NCBI RefSeq assembly: GCF_000015805.1
Contig: NC_009073.1
Span: forward strand, 210,001-242,000
Length of the DNA: 32,000 bases
From: Pyrobaculum calidifontis JCM 11548
GTDB lineage: Archaea > Thermoproteota > Thermoprotei > Thermoproteales > Thermoproteaceae
Direction of reading: 5' to 3'
The number at the start of each line of letters is the position of its first letter. Position 1 is the stretch's first letter. Both the position numbers and the translations under genes were made by a program. Shown here piece after piece: positions 22,172 to 29,808 of this stretch. The notes under the pieces are model-generated. The model was given only the letters and a program-made list of their open reading frames with translations, did not search any database and was not told the DNA's origin.

Positions 22172-23314
22172 TTAGAGCTGATAAAGGAGCTGGGCCAGCT
22201 CCTCTAGGTCTAGGGTCTTCGCCACGATTTGCCCCACTCTCTTCATCCCGGCCTTTTTGCCCCACTTAACCTCTATCCCGAGGCCTAGCTCTGGCACTAC
22301 CACGTCTACTTCAAAGCCGTCTCGCCAGTAGCCCACTCTGTGGCTTCTGGCGAAGTGCATGGCCACGGTTGCCTCTAAGAGCGCGGCCTCGTGCGGAATC
22401 TTCGCCCCGGTCCACTTGGCGGCGGCTTGGTAGACCAGTGGGTCTAATAGGTGGATTTTCCTAGGCTTCTTGTAGTCCTCGACCAAGCGGTAGGGGTCAA
22501 TGTAGTAGAGCTGGCGCAGGAGGTAGAGGGACTCCAATAGGTTGAGGTACGAGAAGGCTATCTTGTGCGACCGGAGCTCTGCCTCCTTGGCCAAGGCGTT
22601 GAGAGAGACGGGGCTAGGGGCCGTCTCTAAGACCGCCTTGAGGAGGCGCTTCGCGTACGCCTCGCTCCTCTTAAGCCTCGCCAAGTCGAAGGCGAGGGAG
22701 GAGATCACCACGTCGGCGGCGCCCCCGGGGTTGCCTGAGGTGGCGCAGTTTACCACGGCGGCGGGGTAGCCGCCGCATTTGAGGTAGAGCTCAAGCGCCT
22801 CGGCGAGCTCCGTCCTCCACGCCGTGGGGTCTGCCCCAGGCGGCACGCCTTGCACCTCGGCGAATTTTTTAAAAGAGAGCGGGTACATGACGTAGTCCCG
22901 CCCCCACCCCCTCCGGCCTGGGAAAGTCTCCACCTCCCTCTTGGCGTACATGCTCACCGAGCCTGTGGCAATTATCACGTCGTTTTGAAAGTGCCCCTGG
23001 TCGAGGTAGAACTTGAGGGCCCTGTACCACTCCCTGGGGTAAGTCACCTCGTCCAGGAGCACCAAGGCGCTTGAGACGCCCCACCTCTTCTTAAGTTTTA
23101 CAATCTCGCCGAGGACCTCCCCCAGCTCTCTGTGGTCAGCCGCCATTTCGCAGGTGTAGTAGAAAATAGTACGGGGATCTCTCCCGCCCTCCACGAGCTT
23201 TTTCACGAGCAACTTTAGCAGAGTCGTCTTGCCCACCTGCCGAGGGCCGAAGAGGAAGTGGAGCGCGGGGGGCTTCAGCGAGATTTCGTCAATGAGCTCG
23301 GGCCACCACTTCAC
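22172..23314 (-). CDS. AAA-type ATPase of the archaeal COG1373 class (N-terminal P-loop, C-terminal DUF4143/nuclease-like module)
   Basis: Walker A is GPRQVGKTT and Walker B is VLLDEV. The C-terminal GFEVDVVV...GIEVKWGKK resembles a PD-(D/E)xK-like core. The start is GTG 23314. Confidence 0.85.
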   Translation of the reverse strand: MKWWPELIDEISLKPPALHFLFGPRQVGKTTLLKLLVKKLVEGGRDPRTIFYYTCEMAADHRELGEVLGEIVKLKKRWGVSSALVLLDEVTYPREWYRALKFYLDQGHFQNDVIIATGSVSMYAKREVETFPGRRGWGRDYVMYPLSFKKFAEVQGVPPGADPTAWRTELAEALELYLKCGGYPAAVVNCATSGNPGGAADVVISSLAFDLARLKRSEAYAKRLLKAVLETAPSPVSLNALAKEAELRSHKIAFSYLNLLESLYLLRQLYYIDPYRLVEDYKKPRKIHLLDPLVYQAAAKWTGAKIPHEAALLEATVAMHFARSHRVGYWRDGFEVDVVVPELGLGIEVKWGKKAGMKRVGQIVAKTLDLEELAQLLYQL

Positions 23315-23387
23315 TGGCTGAGAAAGCCACTTAGCTATGTGGGGGTCGTCCTCAAGCCGCCCTCGCCACCAGGGGTTTAAAAATCCA

Positions 23388-23406
23388 TTGGAATTCAGAA
23401 TTCCAA
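23388..23406. promoter_or_regulatory. Perfect 9-bp-arm palindrome (candidate operator) between two TATA-like boxes, with a related second site at 23422-23433
   Basis: The palindrome is ttggaattc-a-gaattccaa, flanked by gtttaaaaatcc (23375-23386) and gtttaaaagc (23409-23418). A second palindrome, ttgga-ac-tccaa, reuses the TTGGAA half-site. The site lies upstream of the COG1373 ATPase gene and just downstream of the SPFH/wHTH operon. Confidence 0.45.
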
Positions 23407-23437
23407 ATGTTTAAAAGCTTGTTGGAACTCCAAAGTC

Positions 23438-23773
23438 CTAGAGGTCGTAGTACTCCACGTCTCCTCTCTTGATCCGCCTGACGGCTCCCCTCTCCACGAG
23501 GTATTCCAAGGCCTTTTCCACCTCGGCGGGGTCTGCCCCCAAGGCCGCTACAATATCTCTCGCGGCGAGGGGCCCCCTTGCCCTAATGAGCTCAAGCACG
23601 CGGGAGGCCAGCGGGGGCGGGCGCGAGGTGACGTAGCTGTACAGCCACAAGGCGGCTATGATAATTGCCGCGATTAGCCCCACTCTGGCGGCTAATGGGG
23701 CGATCCTCGGAAACGCCAGCGACGCCGCGGCGACGAATATCACCACCGCGAGGAGGGCCTCTAGGTACCTCAT
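23438..23773 (-). CDS. Membrane-tethered winged-helix protein (two N-terminal TM helices plus a C-terminal wHTH), 111 aa
   Basis: The hydrophobic segments are ALLAVVIFVAAASLAF and GLIAAIIIAALWLY. The following LELIRARGPLAARDIVAALGADPAEVEKALEYLVERGAVRRIKRG has a MarR/ArsR-like wHTH pattern. ATG 23773 overlaps the SPFH stop (ATGA). Confidence 0.7.
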   Translation of the reverse strand: MRYLEALLAVVIFVAAASLAFPRIAPLAARVGLIAAIIIAALWLYSYVTSRPPPLASRVLELIRARGPLAARDIVAALGADPAEVEKALEYLVERGAVRRIKRGDVEYYDL

Positions 23774-24765
23774 CTCAGCGGGATGACGGGCACCACTTGC
23801 CCCCCGCCCCCGCTTATGGCCACAATTTGGACGTTGCCGGCCTGCGCTATGTCGCGCAGGCCCATGAGGTAGATGTACAGCTCCGCAAGCCGCGCCGCCT
23901 CTGTGGCGTTGGCCCCCGCGGCCCTTATCAACATCTCAATGGCGGAGCGTGTGGCGTTTGCCACAAGGAGGATCTGCTGGGCCTGGGCCCTGGCCCTGGC
24001 CAGCGTGGCGTTGGCCTCGGCCATTGCGTTCAACACGACGCGGGTGTAGTTGGCCCTGGCGAGCTCCTCCACCCGCTGGCGCTCGAACTGGGCCCTGATG
24101 GCGTCCTGCTGGGCGGCTATCTTGCGGTTAATGGCGTCGGTAATCTGCTGAGGCAGGATAAAGTTTTGCACATTTACGTCGAGGATTTCCACGAGGCCCG
24201 CAACTGTGGGGTCAGACTCAATGGCCTCTCTATACTGTTGCTCTATCTGCCTCGCGATGACGTCCCGGTTCTCTATGAGGTAGTCCAGAGAGACCTTGGA
24301 GATGACGTCCCGGATCAGCTGCCGAGCCTTAGGCACTAAGACCTTGTCGTCGTAGTCAACCCCGGGAAACTTCTTCGCCAGCTCGTCGAAGCGGTCGGGG
24401 TTTATCTTGTACCGCACCACCATCTCCACGGTGACAGTCACGCCGTCCTTAGTGAGCACGGTGGGCGCGGCGAACTCGTACCGCCCGGCGCCGCGCTCCA
24501 CGGCCACAAACTCAATCACCTCGACGGCGTACGTGTCCTCAATCAAGTACGCCCACGGCGCCTTAAAGCCAAACGCAGGCCCCTTCACCGGCTTACTCAT
24601 AGTGCCAGTAACGGGGTCCACCACCACTGCCACGACGCCAGCTGGAAGAGTGTAGGCAGAGAGGGCGAGTAGTACAGAGGCTACCAAAAGGCCGAAGATA
24701 ACCACAGCCACAATAGCCGCCGCCCTCCTCGACGGACCCCTAACCTCAATAGGAATATGAGCCAT
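23770..24765 (-). CDS. SPFH/band-7 (stomatin/prohibitin/HflKC-like) membrane protein
   Basis: An N-terminal TM anchor is followed by the SPFH core (GFKAPWAYLIED..., LTKDGVTVTVEMVVRYKI) and an Ala/Gln/Arg-rich coiled-coil tail. TATA cttatataga lies about 22-28 nt upstream of ATG 24765. Confidence 0.9.
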   Translation of the reverse strand: MAHIPIEVRGPSRRAAAIVAVVIFGLLVASVLLALSAYTLPAGVVAVVVDPVTGTMSKPVKGPAFGFKAPWAYLIEDTYAVEVIEFVAVERGAGRYEFAAPTVLTKDGVTVTVEMVVRYKINPDRFDELAKKFPGVDYDDKVLVPKARQLIRDVISKVSLDYLIENRDVIARQIEQQYREAIESDPTVAGLVEILDVNVQNFILPQQITDAINRKIAAQQDAIRAQFERQRVEELARANYTRVVLNAMAEANATLARARAQAQQILLVANATRSAIEMLIRAAGANATEAARLAELYIYLMGLRDIAQAGNVQIVAISGGGGQVVPVIPLR

Positions 24766-25077
24766 ATCTGACTCTGACCACGTCTATATAAGCGTTGTCT
24801 TAGCAGGAAGCCACAGCCTATTTGCGGCGATCTGCGCCAGATACCCGGGGGGCAGGAAAATATGGCGATAGTCATTGGCCATGACGGATAGGCTTTTAGG
24901 CGTTACATGTGGGGAGTCGGTGGGCCAAGCGTCGGGCAAAACGCTAGGAATCTCCTTTCACTGCCCCTTGCTCTGTTGGCAACTCCCATGATTAAAATCA
25001 TATTCTTCGCCTACGCCTAAAAGCGGCAGTTCGATGGCAGAGGAGCCGCCGTACGGCGTTCGCGCATCAAGAGGCAT

Positions 25078-25686
25078 TTAGGGCTTGGCCACTCTTGCTA
25101 AGAAGACTTCTACGTTGTGAATCCGCTTGCGGTGGTGCTTATACATGGGCTTTATCTTGAGCACGGCCTTTTCTAAGACGTCGAGGCGGAAGCCCCACTT
25201 TTCCACCTGGGCCCTTATGTAGTCGAGGGTGGCCAGCTTGTGGATGGTGTACACCACGTCGGCCAGCTCCACTGCGCTACGGAGAAAAGCCACATCGGTG
25301 CCCCGCCCGCTCCAGATGCCGAAGGGCGGGTTTTGAAACGCCACGTCGAAGCGCCTCGCCAGCGGCGGAGCCGTGGCATCTGCGGCGAGGAAGTCCACGT
25401 CTAGCCCAAGGCCGGCCGCCGCCTGCCTCGCCACCTCCAGCGCCTCCACGTCGACCTCTACGCAGAGCACCCTCCTGGCCCCCATCGCCGCGGCGGCAAG
25501 CGCAAAACGGCCAGTGCCACAGCCAAGGTCCACGACCGAGTCCAACAAGCCGCGCATATACGCGTCCCACACGGCCGTCGCCACAATCGCCGCGTCTGTG
25601 GGATACTGCTCTAGGCGCAACTTAGGCCTCTTGAAGGTGGGCAACCTCTCGACGAATATCTCAAGCTCCCTTCTGCTTTGAAACAT
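25078..25686 (-). CDS. SAM-dependent N6-adenine-type RNA methyltransferase (COG2263 / METTL5-like)
   Basis: Motif I is VVDLGCGTGRFA and motif IV is FQNPPFG (the NPPF catalytic tetrad). The 202-aa size is typical of the family. Its start overlaps the 3' end of the upstream Nudix gene by 26 nt. Confidence 0.85.
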   Translation of the reverse strand: MFQSRRELEIFVERLPTFKRPKLRLEQYPTDAAIVATAVWDAYMRGLLDSVVDLGCGTGRFALAAAAMGARRVLCVEVDVEALEVARQAAAGLGLDVDFLAADATAPPLARRFDVAFQNPPFGIWSGRGTDVAFLRSAVELADVVYTIHKLATLDYIRAQVEKWGFRLDVLEKAVLKIKPMYKHHRKRIHNVEVFLARVAKP

Positions 25687-26101
25687 TGTACACAGCGCGG
25701 AGGTGTCTGTGGGCCTTAGCTAACACACGGCGCGAGCTGTCGTAGGTGAGCCTAGCCAAGGCCTTGTCAAAGGGGAGCCAGGCGTAGCCCACGTGCTCCC
25801 AGCTCAACTTCACCTCCTTCGTATGCGCCTTGGCGAGGAAAAAGATCACCTTCTTGCGCACCCTCCTGCCGCCCCGGTAGTACACGTACTCCACCTCCTC
25901 CCGGAAGCCCTCTACCAACTCCACGTCGAGGCCCGTCTCCTCCTTTACCTCCCTCAGCGCGGCCGCCTCGGGCGTCTCGCCGGGCTCGACGTTGCCCTTG
26001 GGGAAGTCCCAGTGGCCCGCGGGGTAGTGCAAGAGGAGGTACTCCGCTCCGCCCCCATCCCCGTAGTAGACCACGGCGCCTGCAGACACCTCGTCATACA
26101 T
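25661..26101 (-). CDS. Nudix hydrolase (146 aa)
   Basis: The Nudix box is GHWDFPKGNVEPGETPEAAALREVKEETGL. The start is set at ATG 26101 (MYDEVSAGAVVYY...), with the TATA centred 25-26 nt upstream. The longer ORF-track version (to 26410) runs antisense through the neighbouring ABC ATPase gene. Confidence 0.85.
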   Translation of the reverse strand: MYDEVSAGAVVYYGDGGGAEYLLLHYPAGHWDFPKGNVEPGETPEAAALREVKEETGLDVELVEGFREEVEYVYYRGGRRVRKKVIFFLAKAHTKEVKLSWEHVGYAWLPFDKALARLTYDSSRRVLAKAHRHLRAVYNVSKQKGA

Positions 26102-26121
26102 ACTCTCTTCCAGTGAGTCAC

Positions 26122-26131
26122 GTATATAAAA
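26122..26131. promoter_or_regulatory. Shared TATA element for two divergent leaderless genes
   Basis: The sequence gtatataaaa is centred at about 26126. That is 25 nt from ATG 26101 on the minus strand, and 18 nt from ATG 26144 or 24 nt from GTG 26150 on the plus strand. Confidence 0.5.
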
Positions 26132-26143
26132 CAGTTCGACGGC

Positions 26144-26815
26144 ATGCGCGTGGAGATCGTAGTCAAAGACGTGGTTAAGTACTACGGCGACTACCCCGCG
26201 CTCAGGGGGGTTACCCTCGAAGTTCCGCGCGGTGTGTGGCAGTGCCTCGTGGGGCCCTCTGGCAGCGGGAAGTCCACGCTCCTCCACATCATTGGAGGTG
26301 TGGACAAGCCCACCAAGGGGACTGTGGAAGTTGCGGGGGTGAGACTCAACGACCTCAACGACGACCAGCTGGCCGAGTTCCGGAACAAGAACATCGGCTT
26401 CGTCTTCCAAATGTTCTACCTAATCCCCAGGATGTCCATCCTCGAAAACGTGGAGCTCCCCCTAATCCTCCGCGGCGTCCCCAAGGCAAGGCGGAGGGAG
26501 GCGGCGCTTGAGGCGCTTAGGCTAGTCGGCCTCGGCCACATAGACCCAAGGCGCAGGCCCACCCAGCTCTCCGGCGGCGAGCAGCAGCGCGTGGCAATAG
26601 CCAGGGCCATTGTGACGCGGCCCCGCATACTGCTCGCCGACGAGCCCACGGGCAACTTAGACTCGGCCACCACCAAGGTCATAATGGACATCTTCACACA
26701 GCTGAAGAAGGAGCTGGGCATCACCATCGTCATGGTGACCCACAATCTAGAACTCTTGTCCTACTGCGACAGATACGCGAGAATGAGAGACGGGCGTATC
26801 GTGGAGCAGGGCTAG
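26144..26815 (+). CDS. ABC transporter ATP-binding protein, LolD/MacB/FtsE-like, with no adjacent permease
   Basis: Motifs are Walker A GPSGSGKST, signature LSGGEQQRVAIARA, Walker B LLADEPTGNLD and H-loop VTHN. Promoter spacing suggests the true start may be GTG 26150. Confidence 0.9.
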   Translation: MRVEIVVKDVVKYYGDYPALRGVTLEVPRGVWQCLVGPSGSGKSTLLHIIGGVDKPTKGTVEVAGVRLNDLNDDQLAEFRNKNIGFVFQMFYLIPRMSILENVELPLILRGVPKARRREAALEALRLVGLGHIDPRRRPTQLSGGEQQRVAIARAIVTRPRILLADEPTGNLDSATTKVIMDIFTQLKKELGITIVMVTHNLELLSYCDRYARMRDGRIVEQG

Positions 26816-27513
26816 TACACAAACACCACCTCCCTTGGGCAAAAGACGCGGGGCCACATCCCCCCTAGCCCGGCCGAGACGTACATGGCGGCGGCCCCCC
26901 TCTTGTACAGCCCGCAGGTGTAGCCAAAGGCGCTGTTGGTGAACACGGCGCCGCCCCAGGGGAGGCACCAATGGCCGCAGTGGGTGTGCCCCGCTAGGTA
27001 GAGCCCGCCCACGGCGCTGTGGAAGGCGTCGGGGGAGTGCACGAGGACGACGTCTGCGTCCTTCACCGCGGGGTAGGACCTGGGGTCCTCCCTCCAGTCC
27101 AGGCCAAATATGCGGAGAGACCCCACCTGCACCCAGTCGTCCCTCAACACGTGGACGCCCGCATCCTCCAAGGCCCTGATCCCAACGCTGAGGGGGATCC
27201 GCCTGGAGGCCCAGTGCTCGTGGTTGCCCAACACGGCGATTTTCGGCCCCCTTATCTGCCCCAAGGCCTCTACCACGGCCTGGAGGTCGCGAGTCCACTC
27301 GTCGTAGGTGTCGCCGCCGATGAGGACTAGGTCGTACTCCCCCAGCGCCGGCGCATGCCACTCCCCGTGTATGTGGAGGTCGGTGAGGAAGAGTACCCTC
27401 CTCCCAAGGCCCCAGTCTAGCTCAGTGGCCTTTATGCCAACTGCGCCTGCCCCAACTGCGAGGTAGGCCAGGGGAGCCGCGGCGAGGGATGCCAAGAGAG
27501 TCCTCCTCTTCAC
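26812..27513 (-). CDS. Calcineurin-like metallophosphoesterase with a Tat-type signal (YaeI-like)
   Basis: The N-terminus [20 protein letters not shown] is followed by the phosphoesterase motifs LTDLHIH, GGDTYD, GNHE and GHTH. GTG 27513 overlaps the thiDN stop (GTGA). Confidence 0.85.
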   Translation of the reverse strand: MKRRTLLASLAAAPLAYLAVGAGAVGIKATELDWGLGRRVLFLTDLHIHGEWHAPALGEYDLVLIGGDTYDEWTRDLQAVVEALGQIRGPKIAVLGNHEHWASRRIPLSVGIRALEDAGVHVLRDDWVQVGSLRIFGLDWREDPRSYPAVKDADVVLVHSPDAFHSAVGGLYLAGHTHCGHWCLPWGGAVFTNSAFGYTCGLYKRGAAAMYVSAGLGGMWPRVFCPREVVFVY

Positions 27514-28871
27514 GTGATTAACTTGAATAGTTTTTCTAAAACGTCTAGGGGGTCTCTCCCCAAGATGGTGATCATCGGCTCTTTGCCCCAGTCTCCCACG
27601 TCGACGATTAAGTCGGGCGCCCTCCCGCCGGTCTGCCTAAACGCCTCCTCCACAACCCACTGCATGGAGCCCCCCTCCCTAGCCTTCACCTCCTCCGGCT
27701 CGTTGCGCCTATCTACCACGGCCACCGCCATGCCCAAGGCCTTTGCCTTCTCCACAAGGCCCCAGTCTAGGCGGATGTTCATGGCGCTGCGAATCCGCGG
27801 GTCTTTCCCCATGGCGGCCAGTATCTTCCTAGCCACGTGGTCGCTGGCGCCGAAGGTGGGAGGCCCCGAGGGTCTCGCCTTGCCCATGTAGTTCACAATC
27901 CTCCCCGGCACAGCCGCCACGTCTCCGCGCCCAGAGGCGTACCTGGGGTCTATGGCGTAGCCTAAGTTGCTCTGCACCTCTGGTATGTACCTAGCCACCT
28001 CGGCCCCCCTCTCCTCAAGCGCCCTAAGCGCCGCAGACATGGCCTCGTAGGCCCTCCACCTCTCCGCCGGTATCTCCACCCACGCTGTGGAGTTGACGGC
28101 CCAGTGTCCCTTTCCCCTGGCCACACCGTACTTAATGGCTGTGGTAATTAGCTCCTTGGCCGTCTTAATGGCCTCCAGCGGGGCGAGCCCCTTTGCCAGC
28201 CCCGCGGCTATGGCCGCTGAGAAGGAGCAGCCAGTGCCGTGCGTCGCCCTGGAGTTTAGCCTAGGTGCCCTCAGCTCGTGGAACGTGCCCCCCACGTACA
28301 CCACGTCCACTGCCTCCGGCGCGTCCAAGTGGCCGCCTTTTACTACGACGACCTCGGCGCCCAGCTCCCTGTGTATATACTCAGCCGCCCTCTTGGCGTC
28401 CTCTACGGAGGATATCCGCATACCCGTCAGCCTCTCTGCCTCATACCTATTGGGCGTCACCACCTTTGCCACGGGGAGGAGCCTCTTGGCAAGCGCCTCC
28501 ATGGCGTCTTCGGCAATGAGGGGAGCCCCAGACTTTGCCACCATCACCGGGTCTACCACCAGGGGGAACCCCAGCTTGGAGACCGTGGCCGCCACCTCCT
28601 CTATAATCCCCCTAGTCCCCAGCATCCCAGTCTTTCCAGCGTCTATCCCCATGTCGTCCCACACCGCCATGATCTGCTCCCGGACGAGGCCGGGGTCGAG
28701 GCACTCAGCCCTCCTAACCTCGTAGGTGTTCTGTGCAGTGACGCAGGTCAGCGCAGTGGCCCCGTGGACACCCAACGCGGCGAAGGTTTTAACATCGGCG
28801 TGGACGCCAGCCCCACCCCCCGAGTCCAGGCCAGCTATGGTTATGGCCACCCTCCACATATAATCCACCAT
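27510..28871 (-). CDS. thiDN: Bifunctional HMP/HMP-P kinase and thiamine-phosphate synthase (ThiD-ThiN fusion)
   Basis: The N-terminal ThiD segment is [28 protein letters not shown]...[14 protein letters not shown]-terminal ThiN-type domain of about 180 aa follows. ATG 28859 ([10 protein letters not shown]...) is an alternative start that fits the TATA spacing better. Confidence 0.9.
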   Translation of the reverse strand: MVDYMWRVAITIAGLDSGGGAGVHADVKTFAALGVHGATALTCVTAQNTYEVRRAECLDPGLVREQIMAVWDDMGIDAGKTGMLGTRGIIEEVAATVSKLGFPLVVDPVMVAKSGAPLIAEDAMEALAKRLLPVAKVVTPNRYEAERLTGMRISSVEDAKRAAEYIHRELGAEVVVVKGGHLDAPEAVDVVYVGGTFHELRAPRLNSRATHGTGCSFSAAIAAGLAKGLAPLEAIKTAKELITTAIKYGVARGKGHWAVNSTAWVEIPAERWRAYEAMSAALRALEERGAEVARYIPEVQSNLGYAIDPRYASGRGDVAAVPGRIVNYMGKARPSGPPTFGASDHVARKILAAMGKDPRIRSAMNIRLDWGLVEKAKALGMAVAVVDRRNEPEEVKAREGGSMQWVVEEAFRQTGGRAPDLIVDVGDWGKEPMITILGRDPLDVLEKLFKLIT

Positions 28872-29091
28872 TGAACAGCCAATATAAAATTTATCTCAAG
28901 AAGCGATCCGTCTCGCGCCCTCCGCTCCTCCAAGGCTGACAGCAAAAAGCGATACGTCGCCGACAGCACGTGTACACTTCCTACCCCAATTGGAGTCCTA
29001 CGTATTTTGACCGCCGTTGTTTCACAAACAGAGCGGGCTGTATAGGTGCTTAAGTGGCAACTGCGGCCACTTTATAGAGGAGAGTTAGCCG

Positions 29092-29157
29092 GGGGAGGGT
29101 GATGAAAGGGCACTAAGGGGTTATCTGCCCGAACCCGGCTCTGCTGACCCCCTCCCC
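29092..29157 (+). ncRNA. C/D-box-like k-turn sRNA with an 8-bp G:C terminal stem; internal C'/D' boxes not recognisable
   Basis: The element reads GGGGAGG-GUGAUGA(C box, 29099-29105)...38 nt...CUGA(D box, 29144-29147)-CCCCCUCCCC. Positions 29092-29099 pair with 29150-29157. The interior has a 5-bp hairpin (GGGCA/UGCCC) where C'/D' would be. It lies in a 430-nt ORF-free gap. Confidence 0.5.
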
Positions 29158-29301
29158 TGAGATAAAAAGCTGTCTAGGTTTAAAAATTTTTCTCTTATCA
29201 ATTCCACCCCTCCTAACCTCTTGTGTCGAGATGGATAATCGACATCTTTGCGTTATCATAAGCGACGCCAATTAGCAACGGCTGCGGCTAAGTGGCTTTG
29301 G

Positions 29302-29775
29302 CTAGAGGATGCCGCAGTCGATGAGTCTCTTCAATATTCGGTAGGTGAGGCCCCAGATAACCCAGTCTCTGTGGACAAAGGCGTATCCCGAGATCCACTC
29401 CTCCTCAGAGAGCTCAGCCTTAGACACCCACCTCGCCTCCGCCACCTCGCGGGGGTTGGGCGCCACCTCTCCCTCCCACTCCGTGAAGATAAACGGCACG
29501 ACCTTCAGCCAAGGCGCGTTGCGGGGGCTGTGCGGCTCTAACACGCCCACTAGCCCCCTCGGCGTGACCCCCACCTCCTCCTGGACCTCGCGCACGGCGG
29601 TTCCGAGGAGGTCTTCGCCTGGCTTCCACCTCCCGCCAGGAAAGGCCACTTGCCCAGACCAGGGGTCGCCCGCCCTCTGCACGCGCTTAATCAAGAGCGT
29701 CTTTCCATCTCTCAGCAGGACACCCACCGCGGCCCACTCGGGCCCCCCGGCTGGCCACCTCTTCTCTAGGCACAT
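29302..29775 (-). CDS. Nudix hydrolase (157 aa; CoA-pyrophosphatase/MutT-like)
   Basis: The Nudix box is GGRWKPGEDLLGTAVREVQEEVGV. TATA cttataaact on the minus strand lies about 25-30 nt upstream of ATG 29775. Confidence 0.85.
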   Translation of the reverse strand: MCLEKRWPAGGPEWAAVGVLLRDGKTLLIKRVQRAGDPWSGQVAFPGGRWKPGEDLLGTAVREVQEEVGVTPRGLVGVLEPHSPRNAPWLKVVPFIFTEWEGEVAPNPREVAEARWVSKAELSEEEWISGYAFVHRDWVIWGLTYRILKRLIDCGIL

Positions 29776-29808
29776 TAAGATTTTTTACACGTGAGTTTAT
29801 AAGCTGTG

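Noticed and set aside
24849-24967. Idea that the intergenic region encodes RNase P RNA (Pyrobaculum minimal type) or SRP RNA
   Set aside because: I found no pair of CR-I (GGAAAGUCC-like) and CR-V (ACAGAA...GGCUUA-like) elements able to form P4 in the correct order on either strand. I also found no SRP helix-8 motif. It is reported only as an unassigned region.
25047-25058. A 12-nt perfect GC-rich palindrome, cgccgtacggcg, downstream of the methyltransferase gene
   Set aside because: Six-bp arms are expected about eight times by chance in 32 kb, so it is not significant on its own.
26102-26410. A 103-codon upstream extension of the Nudix ORF
   Set aside because: It runs antisense through the promoter and the first 90 codons of the ABC ATPase gene. 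The Nudix-fold homology starts at MYDEVSAGAVVYY.
26747-27361. A 204-aa minus-strand ORF overlapping the metallophosphoesterase gene in another frame
   Set aside because: The other frame (26812-27513) contains the complete phosphoesterase motif set. This frame is Arg/Gly/Pro-rich.
29248-29541. A 97-aa plus-strand ORF (and the 149-aa ORF at 29345-29794)
   Set aside because: Both are antisense to the Nudix gene, which has a clear Nudix box. No motifs were found.
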